From assembly GCA_965644495.1 (NCBI GenBank), contig CBFFSA010000033.1, positions 29,013 through 93,012 on the forward strand: DNA of 64,000 nucleotides. The letters are read 5' to 3'. This DNA is from Perkinsela sp. CCAP 1560/9. Its lineage: Eukaryota > Protista > Euglenozoa: Kinetoplastea. The notes beneath the pieces were generated by a model, which did not search any database, had not been told where the DNA came from, and saw only the letters and a list, made by a program, of their open reading frames with translations. Position numbers and translations under genes: made by a program. The stretch's first letter is position 1, and every line of letters starts with the position of its first letter. This document shows positions 1 through 10,587 of the stretch, piece after piece.

Positions 1-553
1 CTCGTTCCTCGCGGAGCGTCAGTGCTCGACAATGCCGTGGTTTGGTCTTTAAAAAACTCGTCAATACTCTTGTACTTGAGCGCCGAATTTCCTTTTCTGC
101 TCGTCTTGGGTTTTGCAGGTTCGAAAAAGGCCTCGCTGGTCAGGCTCGTTTTTGTTTGTGCCTCTTGAATAAGGCTTGTGTTCTGCGGCTCGAGCGCCGA
201 AACCCCTTTTCTGCTCGTCTTCGATACGACCTGCCCATGGGAAAAGAGAGCGAGAGCGTTTTAACCGTCGTCAAAAATCTATCTTCCTCGAGCGCGAAAT
301 CTCCTCTTCAGCTCGGAAGCGATAACCTTGAACCGGTCCGAGTACCTGTCCAAATCGGTTTTGCACGTGGCGCCTGCATAGAAGGAGGTGGACATGGCAA
401 CGGGTATGAAGGCGGGAAAGGTTTTAGGCCCTAAAGGAGGCAGAGATAACAGTATACGCTGAAGTTATGGCGTACGCATTTATAAACCACTTAAAAAAAG
501 ACTTCCAAAAAAAAAAACCTTTTCGTCGTATAGCAATTTTTCTTGTTTTCCTA

Positions 554-656
554 CTTTATAAAAAAGGTGTTCTTTATAAAAAAGGTGTTCTTTATAAAAA
601 AGGTGTTCTTTATAAAAAAGGTGTTCTTTATAAAAAAGGTGTTCTTTATAAAAAAG
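554..656. repeat. 18-bp tandem repeat (CTTTATAAAAAAGGTGTT)n, ~5.7 copies, at the 3' junction of a CRE-like element
   Basis: Unit read directly; it replaces the last ~45 codons of the REL domain when compared with the sister fragment at 37763-38182. Confidence 0.95.
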
Positions 657-3600
657 AGGCTATGAGATTCCGTGTGTGTTCGTGCAAAGAACCACTTTCG
701 GTCATTGCAATGCACTTAAAGTAATCTTCTTCGATGCCGCCGGATTCAACGTACTTTTTCCTTTTCCTCTCAATCGCATTTTGCAACAGCTGTGTTTCAG
801 TCATCTTCCGATAGCTTAAGCTTCCGGTGTGAACTACGGTGATGTCATACAGTACTTCACCCATGTGTGGCCACATAATACCGAGGTCGGGGCCAGAGCG
901 TATTCTTCGGGCACGGCAAGGGTGCTTCTCAATCGATTCTGGAGAAATGTGCGCTTTGCATTTTGTGCAGTAAAAGGAAGCATGCATGCGCGGTTCAATC
1001 ACAGAGGGGAGGCCCGCTTTAGAGCACAGATATGCTAGGAACCGTACAAGAGATGAATGCTTTCTTGTTGCGTTCATTCCTGCGCATTTTGTGCATCCGA
1101 TTATATGTTGGAAGATTTCGTCCGATCTCATCTCAGCAGCACAACCCGGGCACTCGGCTCTTTCCGGCATCGAAGGAAGCTTGATTCCCAACCTGGTCAT
1201 AATGGTATATCGGAAAAGGTAGGGATTCACATATCCGCTAGTGGATTGTAGGTGGCGAAATGACGTCGTGGTTCGCTTCAGAATGGAGTCCAATCGTGGG
1301 TCTTTGCGTAGGTCTGTTGCTAGATCTTTTTGTTCTTTTTTTTATGGCTTTGGATGCATGTACTCGAGCTGTTTGCTGCATCGGTTTCGTGTCTCTGTTT
1401 TGATCTTTCGACATGCGAATACCTACCGGAGCTTTAGGGGTAATTAGTTGCTCATCAATAGATTTTCGTGCGGTGTCAAAATAGTATCGCTGCTTCAGAG
1501 TAGAAGGAGTTAGCCCAAGGCCACCCAAGTGTTGCGGTAATGACGCTAGTTGAATGGAAGTGTCATCTGCGAAGAACCAATATTTTACAATATCAGCAAT
1601 TTCTGTGTCAAATCTTTGTGCCATATCCAGGGATTCTGCCGGTTGGTGAACTCGAAGGTGATAATCGTTTCGCGGGAGTGCACATCGTTGCAGCATGGCG
1701 AGGGAGATGTTGCTAGGACCCATTTTTCGTAGCCTGCGGAATAAACATTGATGTTTCTCAAGTTTTCGGACGAGAAGAGCACTTATCTCTGCACGTTGCC
1801 CAATGTAGACGCCGAGAATTTTGATAGTTTTGTCACACTTGGATACCCCTAAAGAACTGAGAGCCAATGATTGTTCGTTGTTTTGCTTAGTAGCTTCGTG
1901 ATCAAACCATTCTGATTTCGAGAAGTTGATATTGAGGCCAATGTCAGATGATAATTCACGCAGCTGCAGAAAGGCTGCTTCTAGGGAAAGACAGTTTTTC
2001 GACGACATCGTCACATCATCCATATAGGCGCGGATTTTAACCTCGGGGAATAACTCGGCGAGTTCCACCAACGCTCCTTGTAGTAGTGCACAAAAGTAAA
2101 GAGAGGAAAGCGCAGAGCCTTGCCGTACCCCGGACGTGCTCTTTATCGTAGTGTGGAGGCGGTTGTTCGCAAAGAAAAGCAAGTCCGAGGGGTCGCCGTA
2201 TTCGCAGTAGAACATCCGCATGAATGGTTTGAAAGCGCTGTTTTGCTGCAGTGCCCGTGCAATGGCCGCTCTTTGTGGAGTGTTATACGCGTTCGAGTAG
2301 TCTACTGTCAGGATAGTGTGTCCGGAATCGCGGTCCTTGAGGAGTTCGTGAACAATGCTTTCGCACGCGTTTTTCTGTAGGACTCCACGTTGGATGGGAT
2401 AGAAGAAGCCTTTTAGAGATGCCTCGTGGCGTTGCAACAGAATGGAACCGCATATTTTTAGCACTGTATCACCCATCGCGATTGGTCGTATGCCGTTTTG
2501 TGGTTTCGCAAGGGCAATAATTCTACATCGAGTTAATCTGTTGCGTACCAATGCGCATACATCACCATTGATGACGTCCCTGAGCATGTGACATAGCGCG
2601 GTACAGGATTCGTTGTCGTCGGCTAATAGGCGGAGGATATTCTCACCGAGGCCTGTCGGCCCCGGGGCCGCTCCATGGGCAAGCTTGCTTATAGCCATCC
2701 GGACTTCTTCCAACTCAACCACACCGGCTGGCGGATATTCCGAAGTAGGTGCAGGGGGCGGGTCGCCAGGAGGGTGTAATTCTTTCAGCCGTCGTACCTT
2801 GTCGTCCAAACTTAGTGAGGAGTCGAGATAGACGTTGTCCAGAACCCTGGTTGCTTTGCCAAGATTCCCTGCGCGAGCTGCCTTTAGAGCGTTCCGGATT
2901 GAGCGCCGGTCAATTTCGAGTTCCTTCTGTTCTTCTTCGGTCAGATTGTCCACTGCTTCGGGTTTCGCGTTCTTTGGTAAGTGTGGTACACTTTCGCGTC
3001 GACGTATAGCTTTCCGGACTGTGAGTAGCGAATCGCGGGGCGCGTTCAGAAATTTATGCCAGACTGCTTCCTTCTCCGATGTCAGTTCTAGTCTTAGATA
3101 GTCTTTGATGATGGAACGAAAAATGGCAACTACGTGCACAGAGAAAGCCGAGTCAATTTGCGCGAAAGGCGGTAGCGGTTCTAAATCAACTCCGTGGTCA
3201 ACTTCTTCAGCATCACCTGCTGCACTCTCCATGGTTTGAGGTTCGTACCTAGGGACTCGGTGGAGTTTCGTGGCTTCAATGCTGAAGATCCTGATCTTGG
3301 ACGACTGAGGCAAATAAAGATTTCCTGAGGGACCTGTCGCCCCGGGGGCGGGCTTGTACGAGAGATTGATGCTCAGCGTTTTCTTTCTCACCTTCCGTGA
3401 GACAACTTCGCCGATCGAATCGTAAACCAAGTTCTGGGAGCTGCGGAAAGACCATCCTACGCTGCATTCGGTGCCTTTTCCCCAGTTCGAGATTTGGTCG
3501 ACGACGTAGTCTGGGGATATGGGGGAATTTTCTTCCGTGACGGTTTTCGCACCAGCGCTATCATAATCCGCGTCGGCCTCCGTGTCCAATTCGGGGCAGT

Positions 3601-3928
3601 GGCGCGACAATGTTTCTTTGGCAGAGGGTTTCTGTTCATCGCACCGCTTTTTTGACATGGATTTATGAGCTTGCGATTCTTTCTTCGAGTGGGTGTTCGG
3701 GCCGTTTGTGAGTTGGCAGGGGTTATGAACAAAGGATCTTCGTTCGTTTTGCAATGCGTAGCTCGCTTTATCTTGGGAAAGCGAGATCTTGGCAGGTTCA
3801 TGACGTTGGGCCTCACGGCTCTGGGAGACTTTCCGTGGCGGATCGCGCTTCTCGCTTTCGGAGCCGGATGATTCGCCTTCCTGTTTCCCTTGAATCAAAC
3901 GGCGCCAGGTTGGACGTCGATGCTTCTT
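657..3928 (-). pseudogene. RT-REL polyprotein with a frameshift near 1330 (ORFs 1238..5512 and 646..1293), interrupted N-terminus, truncated C-terminus
   Basis: Colinear with the intact ORF at 27417-30956; the frame changes around the T-run near 1337-1343. Confidence 0.88.
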
Positions 3929-5472
3929 TACTTTTATTAAGACCTTTACTTTTATTAAGACCTTTACTTTTATTAAGACCTTTACTTTTATTAAGACCTT
4001 TACTTTTATTAAGACGTTTACTTTTATTAAGACCTTTACTTTTATTAAGACCTTTACTTTTATTAAGACCTTTACTTTTATTAAGACCTTTACTTTTATT
4101 AAGACCTTTACTTTTATTAAGACCTTTACTTTTATTAAGACCTTTACTTTTATTAAGACGTTTACTTTTATTAAGACCTTTACTTTTATTAAGACCTTTA
4201 CTTTTATTAAGACCTTTACTTTTATTAAGACCTTTACTTTTATTAAGACCTTTACTTTTATTAAGACCTTTACTTTTATTAAGACCTTTACTTTTATTAA
4301 GACCTTTACTTTTATTAAGACCTTTACTTTTATTAAGACCTTTACTTTTATTAAGACCTTTACTTTTATTAAGACCTTTACTTTTATTAAGACCTTTACT
4401 TTTATTAAGACCTTTACTTTTATTAAGACCTTTACTTTTATTAAGACCTTTGCTTTTATTAAGACCTTTACTTTTATTAAGACCTTTACTTTTATTAAGA
4501 CCTTTACTTTTATTAAGACCTTTACTTTTATTAAGACCTTTACTTTTATTAAGACCTTTACTTTTATTAAGACCTTTACTTTTATTAAGACCTTTACTTT
4601 TATTAAGACCTTTACTTTTATTAAGACCTTTACTTTTATTAAGACCTTTACTTTTATTAAGACCTTTACTTTTATTAAGACCTTTACTTTTATTAAGACC
4701 TTTACTTTTATTAAGACCTTTACTTTTATTAAGACCTTTACTTTTATTAAGACCTTTACTTTTATTAAGACCTTTGCTTTTATTAAGACCTTTACTTTTA
4801 TTAAGACCTTTACTTTTATTAAGACCTTTACTTTTATTAAGACCTTTACTTTTATTAAGACCTTTACTTTTATTAAGACCTTTACTTTTATTAAGACCTT
4901 TACTTTTATTAAGACCTTTACTTTTATTAAGACCTTTACTTTTATTAAGACCTTTACTTTTATTAAGACCTTTACTTTTATTAAGACCTTTACTTTTATT
5001 AAGACCTTTACTTTTATTAGGACCTTTACTTTTATTAAGACCTTTACTTTTATTAAGACCTTTACTTTTATTAAGACCTTTACTTTTATTAAGACCTTTA
5101 CTTTTATTAAGACCTTTACTTTTATTAAGACCTTTACTTTTATTAAGACCTTTACTTTTATTAAGACCTTTACTTTTATTAAGACCTTTACTTTTATTAA
5201 GACCTTTACTTTTATTAAGACCTTTACTTTTATTAGGACCTTTACTTTTATTAAGACCTTTACTTTTATTAAGACCTTTACTTTTATTAAGACCTTTACT
5301 TTTATTAAGACCTTTACTTTTATTAAGACCTTTACTTTTATTAAGACCTTTACTTTTATTAAGACCTTTACTTTTATTAAGACCTTTACTTTTATTAAGA
5401 CCTTTACTTTTATTAAGACCTTTACTTTTATTAAGACCTTTACTTTTATTAAGACCTTTACTTTTATTAAGA
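3926..5472. repeat. 18-bp tandem array (CTTTACTTTTATTAAGAC)n, ~86 copies, inserted after codon 4 of the CRE-like ORF
   Basis: Near-perfect array with six single-base variants (4016, 4160, 4452, 4776, 5020, 5236); the same unit occurs at 38583-38774. Confidence 0.97.
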
Positions 5473-5876
5473 ATTGCTCATCAGAATATAATTTTAATAA
5501 ACAAATAATCAATTTGTAATCACTAAATATAATTTAAATACGAGGCACCCAAATACCTGTGTTTTGAACGTTATTATAAATAAAATTATTTGATGAATAT
5601 AGTACTAAAGGACGTCCTTATAAAAACAATCTTCACCTCTCTCTCTCTCTTGCGAATGGGTAGTTCCCCGGCGGGGACCACCCACTCGCCAGTTCTCACA
5701 CTCACCCACACGCTAGTAATGAAACCCCCAGGCGAAACCCCCAGGTCGCCTACTACCTGAGAGCCCCCCTCATCACCTCGTACTCTCACTCACACATTGC
5801 CCAATCCTCACATCAACATACATCCCATACATATCAAAATCGCTCGAATATCCGTTCTTCCTGGTTATTGATTGTA

Positions 5877-7297
5877 TCAATGCTTTTTCTCTTCACACAT
5901 TCTGCTATATGGATCTGCAGGATTTTCTTTTGATGCAATATATTCTGCCTGTACTGCAATTCCTTGACGCTTCAAATATTTCAACAAACCATACAACTCC
6001 GAAGTAATGCCATCAGATCCTGACACTTTCCTATTGATCGCTGCTAAACAGGATGTATTGTCAACAAATAAATCTACGCATGTATCTCGCTGAAAGTGAT
6101 GCCCGTACTTCTCAAACGCCAAACGTACTGCCCGAGCTTCGGCCCGATTCACTTCGTACTTGAAACCCTCCGGCCAGGAGGCTCCGGTACATAAAACTTT
6201 CCCATAGTCGAGGTAAAGCACCGCCCCCCACCCGGTGGACGACGCATCGGTAAATAGAACGTGCTGATGTGGTACTGTATCAGGATGTCGGACCGGGTCC
6301 ACTGGAGAACAATAGATCAAGGAATCGCGCCACTCGGTCAACTTCACTCGCACTCGTAATGGTAAAGGTACGACAGTATCCAATAGACAAGGATCGCGAT
6401 TTAAATGATTGATTCGTCGTCGGACAATTTTCAAGAATAGATGATATTGGGGAATCGGTATGCCCATGATTGCCGAAGCAAAAATGAGCCTCCCAACACC
6501 GGCCTCCAGCCCAGAGTATGTGGTATGCATGTAGTTATCATTCTGAAGTCTTCGCGTTATCTTGGGTCCCAATGCAACTTTCCCTGATCGGTGGTGATAA
6601 TTGACTCCATTGAATGTGTAGTTCTGCAAAGGTGGCACCCCAACCTCCTTAAAACGGGCGTTAACTTGCTGCGCCCGTCGATCTATAAACGCGGCATATT
6701 CCTGTGTATTTTTTTCACTAGAAGCGTAACGAATGCCGTCGATATACACATCCAGACCATTGTGGGCAAACGCCGATTTCTTATTACAGTAAGCTGGATC
6801 TCCCGCTATTGTCGCGGTTAACGAGTGCATCAACTCAGGGGCACACCGGTGTCCCATCGGCATCACATTCATTTCATATACTTGCCCACTGCGGTCCAAA
6901 AATCAGAACTTCGCCCTACTTTCGGATGGAATCGCGACCTGAAAAAAACCGCATGCCAGATCACGCTTTACCGCCGAGTCCTGTCGGGCTCGATGGAGAT
7001 AATAGGCTGCATGTTTTACCGGTACTTGTGGCTCATAAACCTCCTTAATCCGTGCGTTGTCATCCCGGGTCCATGCTATAAACCGCCGGCGTTCTGTCTC
7101 GTCGTCAGCAGGCTCGACAACCGTGAATGGTATCACCCATTCCATCGTTGGGCGACGCTGTGCTTCCTCTGTGTTGACGTGTGACACAAATCCTGCGTCC
7201 ACCAGCTGGGTTATATCCTTGTCGTGCAATAATGATTTACACGCCGGTGTTTTACTCGGAGAAATCAGCGTCTTCTTTCTCACACATAATGAACAAG
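5877..7297 (-). pseudogene. RT/RNase H of VIPER-like copy 2 with an in-frame TGA at 6903-6905
   Basis: KRDLACGFFQ, MPMG, YIDG; RNase H motifs FTDAS..GWG, AEARA, VDN, ENPADPYSR. Confidence 0.88.
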
Positions 7298-7526
7298 AAT
7301 AAATAAAATGAAACCAATTCCTAAATCATGTAATATCTTTCTTCATAAAGCAATTCAAAGAATTCAACTGCTTTAGTATCCTCACCACCTATCCATGAAA
7401 AGAAATTAAGGTACCTGGCCATTTCAATCAAACTTACAGTATTTGAAACAAATCCACAACAAACTCCTTTACTTACGAACGGGCATCCCGTCCGCCAACT
7501 CCGCGAACCAGCGCACCGTTGACCAA

Positions 7527-8340
7527 CCTCCGTCACCGTTGATCTGGACATTGGCTGGTGCTGTCCCAACTGACTGATGTACGCGTGAAGGGTAGCGGTT
7601 CCGGGGCCCTCGATCACCGTGTACATGGAGGGTCGGTATGGGTTGAACCTGGAAGTCTTTGTTTTTCTCCCCCACCAAATCACTATTCTTAACGGCGTTA
7701 ATTCGCGAAATTGTTCCTTCGTCAAACTTGCAGTCTCGGTCCACCGGCTGGCTGCTTTCCAACAAAGCATCAAGGTATGTCTTTCGCTGCATGGGAGATG
7801 GTGCCATAACTGGTTCAGTAACGTGGGTGTCAAAGGAGCCATCTGGCGTACTGGCTCCGTGGCCCCTTCTGCCATCAGTGATTTTACATAAAATTTTAGA
7901 GGATTCGTTTCCAGGCCTGCGAGGCTTAATATAGAAGCGAGGCTGCGTGCGTACGTGAGCTTGCCCTGTACTCTGATGTTCATCGTCGCCACAAAAGTTG
8001 CTGCATGTATCGCGGTAATTTCGATTGCCTTCCAATTGCAAAAGGCGGTTAGTCTTTCCCACAACCTCGCCCTGCTTTTCCAGGTTGCGTTGCTCCACAT
8101 CTCGGACATCCCATCTAGTGCTACACGGACCTCTTCCGTCACGTGAGTAATTCCCATTAATAACTTCATCAACTTCATCCTTACTGGCGTAGTATCCACA
8201 CTTAACATTCCTCCGTACAAACTCCCAGATCTTATCAATCTCCCTTTCAAGTCGCCTGCACTTGGTACATTCACCGTCTGCTTTTCCGTTTGTAACCTTC
8301 CCTCCATCCTCCTTTTCTTTGCAACTTGCATATTCGACAC
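7527..8340 (-). pseudogene. Tyrosine recombinase lacking the C-terminal HxxKR/H/Y region
   Basis: LCWKAASRWTET and WGRKTKT match YR 12313-13434; homology stops after STVTEV. Confidence 0.82.
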
Positions 8341-8388
8341 ACTTTTCCCCTTGAATATAATAACACTGGCCGTTAGGGTGGGGCTTTT

Positions 8389-8668
8389 TCATAAGCTCTT
8401 GCTGCTCCCGGCAGGGCCAGCCACCCGCGAACGAAAATCCCGCTTTGGACAGTTTTTCCATACATGATCGGGTGAACGGCACCCAAAACACAGCATTCCC
8501 GGTCTTCGGTATGGCGCAGGCGCGCGAGCTGGTGTGACGTGCGGAGTAAAATAACGCTGTGATCCTTGAGGTACATACGTGGCGTATGCTCGAGATAAAC
8601 GTTTTTCTCTTTCCGTCAGCTGATCACTCACGTGGTGGTAAAATTTATCGTTGGGACGCACGTCTTTG
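8389..8668 (-). pseudogene. gag: C-terminal gag fragment with CCHC zinc knuckle
   Basis: CFGCRSPDHVWKNC (CX2CX4HX4C) directly upstream of the YR ORF. Confidence 0.8.
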
Positions 8669-8769
8669 AATTTCATTTTGTGTGAATATCGTACTTTGTA
8701 GAGATCCTATATAAAGTATACGCCCATTCAGGGTAAGGTTTACAATAACTATCAAAACATATAGTTGCA
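8669..8769 (-). repeat. 101-bp fragment of the mini YR element (outer end of repeat A plus 7 nt of B)
   Basis: Matches 43151-43251. Confidence 0.85.
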
Positions 8770-9790
8770 TTTTTTTTTTTTAGCTTTATCCAAATAGAAT
8801 AGTCACTAATACAGTCACATAAGAATAAAATCAATTTCACGCGAAAATGCATACAGTTCATACACGTACATAATTATTAACAAACCCTATTCAAATATAA
8901 TCCCTCCTGTTTTTTTTTTTTTTTTTTTGCAATTAATAAGGGGGGAGAAGTATGAATCGCGGCATTGCCTCTATATTTTGACCCAGTAGACGAACCAAGT
9001 AGGTCCATTGGTGGGGGTATACGAGTTGAAAACAAGCAATCAAATTAGCAATTTGAAAATATAACTTTTTTTTTTTTTTTTTACTAAAAACTAGCAAACA
9101 ATTCTACCCGAAATCCACCCCTAATCAAATCACTCCCGCACCAAAACTAAGACCCGTGACGGCACGTCGGTTAGTGACTTGGTACCCCCCCTTGCCCCCC
9201 CCCCTTTTCGCAGAGAAACACCCTCCCCCCCCCCTGCGGCTATTAAATGATTGGGGGGGACCGAATTACTCATCGTTCCCATATCCAAGGAGGGCCGTGT
9301 CAGGGACCGCCGCGGGAAGTCGGAGTACCAGCATCCGAGCCTGTGTCCGCATCAGAGTGATGTTAAGTGACGTCACCAATTGGTGTAAGGCTTCCCCGTT
9401 CGAAAGGGTACCCCCGGAGTATGCCGCACGAGAGACGGAAACCTCCTTGAGGATCGCAAAGGCGCTTGGACTCCACGCTCCATAAGATTCCACGACCATC
9501 GCTCCAAATCGATGGCGTGCGAACTCTGCTTCCTCTCTTTGCTTCTTTTTGTTTTCGGTGGCGTATCGTTCCGCAAAAGACCCCGCCGTCACCCAGTTAG
9601 CATCACGGACTAAGTCCGTATACTTTGGTTGCTGAACATGAGTGACGGCGAAGTCTAATACAAGAGACTGGCCTAGCCCGATTGTAGGGATGAACACGTC
9701 TCCGGGCCTGGTGAGGGCGCCCCCAGGACCCTTGTTGCCCAGACTCACTTCTCTCCGCGGGGTGAAACCGGCCTTTTTACATTCAGAAGT
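8770..9790 (-). mobile_element. 3' part of a distinct REL non-LTR element (REL C-terminus 9266-9790, 3' UTR, several poly(A) tracts)
   Basis: RPGDVF...LVLDFAVT...VESYG REL motifs; joins in frame with 15010-15342 (HNALAAQF/TSECKKAG). Confidence 0.88.
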
Positions 9791-10474
9791 GAAATCCACA
9801 CCGAGGGGCCGCACAGGACATAAAAGAAAATAACTATAAAGATGAAATAATAATTTATTTTCACATGAGTTCACCTATTCATATCATATACATGAAAAGC
9901 AAATTGAAACGTATGTAGCTTCTACATCATCTTGACAAAATAGGCCTTTCAAAACAAACAATATAAATTTATAATATATCACTATGTTAGCGGGTTGCAC
10001 CCGCCAAACCCGGCGGCTATAGGATGGGGGTTTGGTGGGTGGGACAAAAAAACGCGTAAAGGAAAAAAATTCTACAAGTAAGTAATCAGTAAATATGTAA
10101 ATTTTCAGAATACATATTGTAGCTTTTATACATGATTCAATTACAACCCCCTTTCGGGGAAAAGAACAATGAAAATTATAACCCCCTTCCGGGGCATTTG
10201 ACCCGATATTAGCCCCTCGGTTAAATTTCCATGCGTAGACTTCTAGAAATCCACACCGAGGGGCCGCACAGGACATAAAAGAAAATAACTATAAAGATGA
10301 AATAATAATTTATTTTCACATGAGTTCACCTATTCATATCATATACATGAAAAGCAAATTGAAACGTATGTAGCTTCTACATCATCTTGACAAAATAGGT
10401 CTTTCAAAACAAACAATATAAATTTATAATATATCACTATGTTAGCGGGTTGCACCCGCCAAACCCGGCGGCTA
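9791..10474 (-). repeat. Split direct repeats B2 (9791-10019), G-rich spacer, A2 (10043-10245), B1 (10246-10474)
   Basis: Direct sequence comparison; the internal junction TTCTA|GAAAT equals the two element termini joined. Confidence 0.93.
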
Positions 10475-10587
10475 CCTGCCCACACACAAGTCACAATATT
10501 TTCCCGAACACACAGTAATTTTTTTTTTCCGAAAATAACTAGGGAAGGTTAACACAATAATAGATGACCGGTCTATTATCGTGCCCT

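Larger units (their letters stand above)
657..5512 (-). mobile_element. CRE-like RT-REL non-LTR retrotransposon (family B), near full length, 3'-truncated and disrupted
   Basis: RT motifs VDYSNAYN, GVRQGSALS, AYMDDV; CPGC...HIIGCTKC zinc knuckle; GPD...YD REL motif. Removing the 18-mer array restores ATG(5481)-MSNSKKHRR. Short AT-rich 5' UTR. Confidence 0.9.
5513..8668 (-). mobile_element. VIPER-like tyrosine-recombinase retrotransposon, degenerate copy 2
   Basis: Order gag zinc knuckle, YR, RT/RNaseH; clearly homologous to the copy at 9791-15009; 5' truncated with an internal deletion/replacement near 7300-7525. Confidence 0.88.

Noticed and set aside
1-434. ORF 42..434 and a ~30-bp direct repeat (78-107 / 192-220)
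   Set aside because: No recognisable domain; possibly the antisense of a coding fragment cut by the window edge.
3754-5512. (IKVKVL)n and (LLLLRP)n repeat proteins, including an apparent fusion to the RT
   Set aside because: By-product of an 18-nt stop-poor unit; the element's real ATG (5481) is in a different frame and the 5512 start is a TTG.
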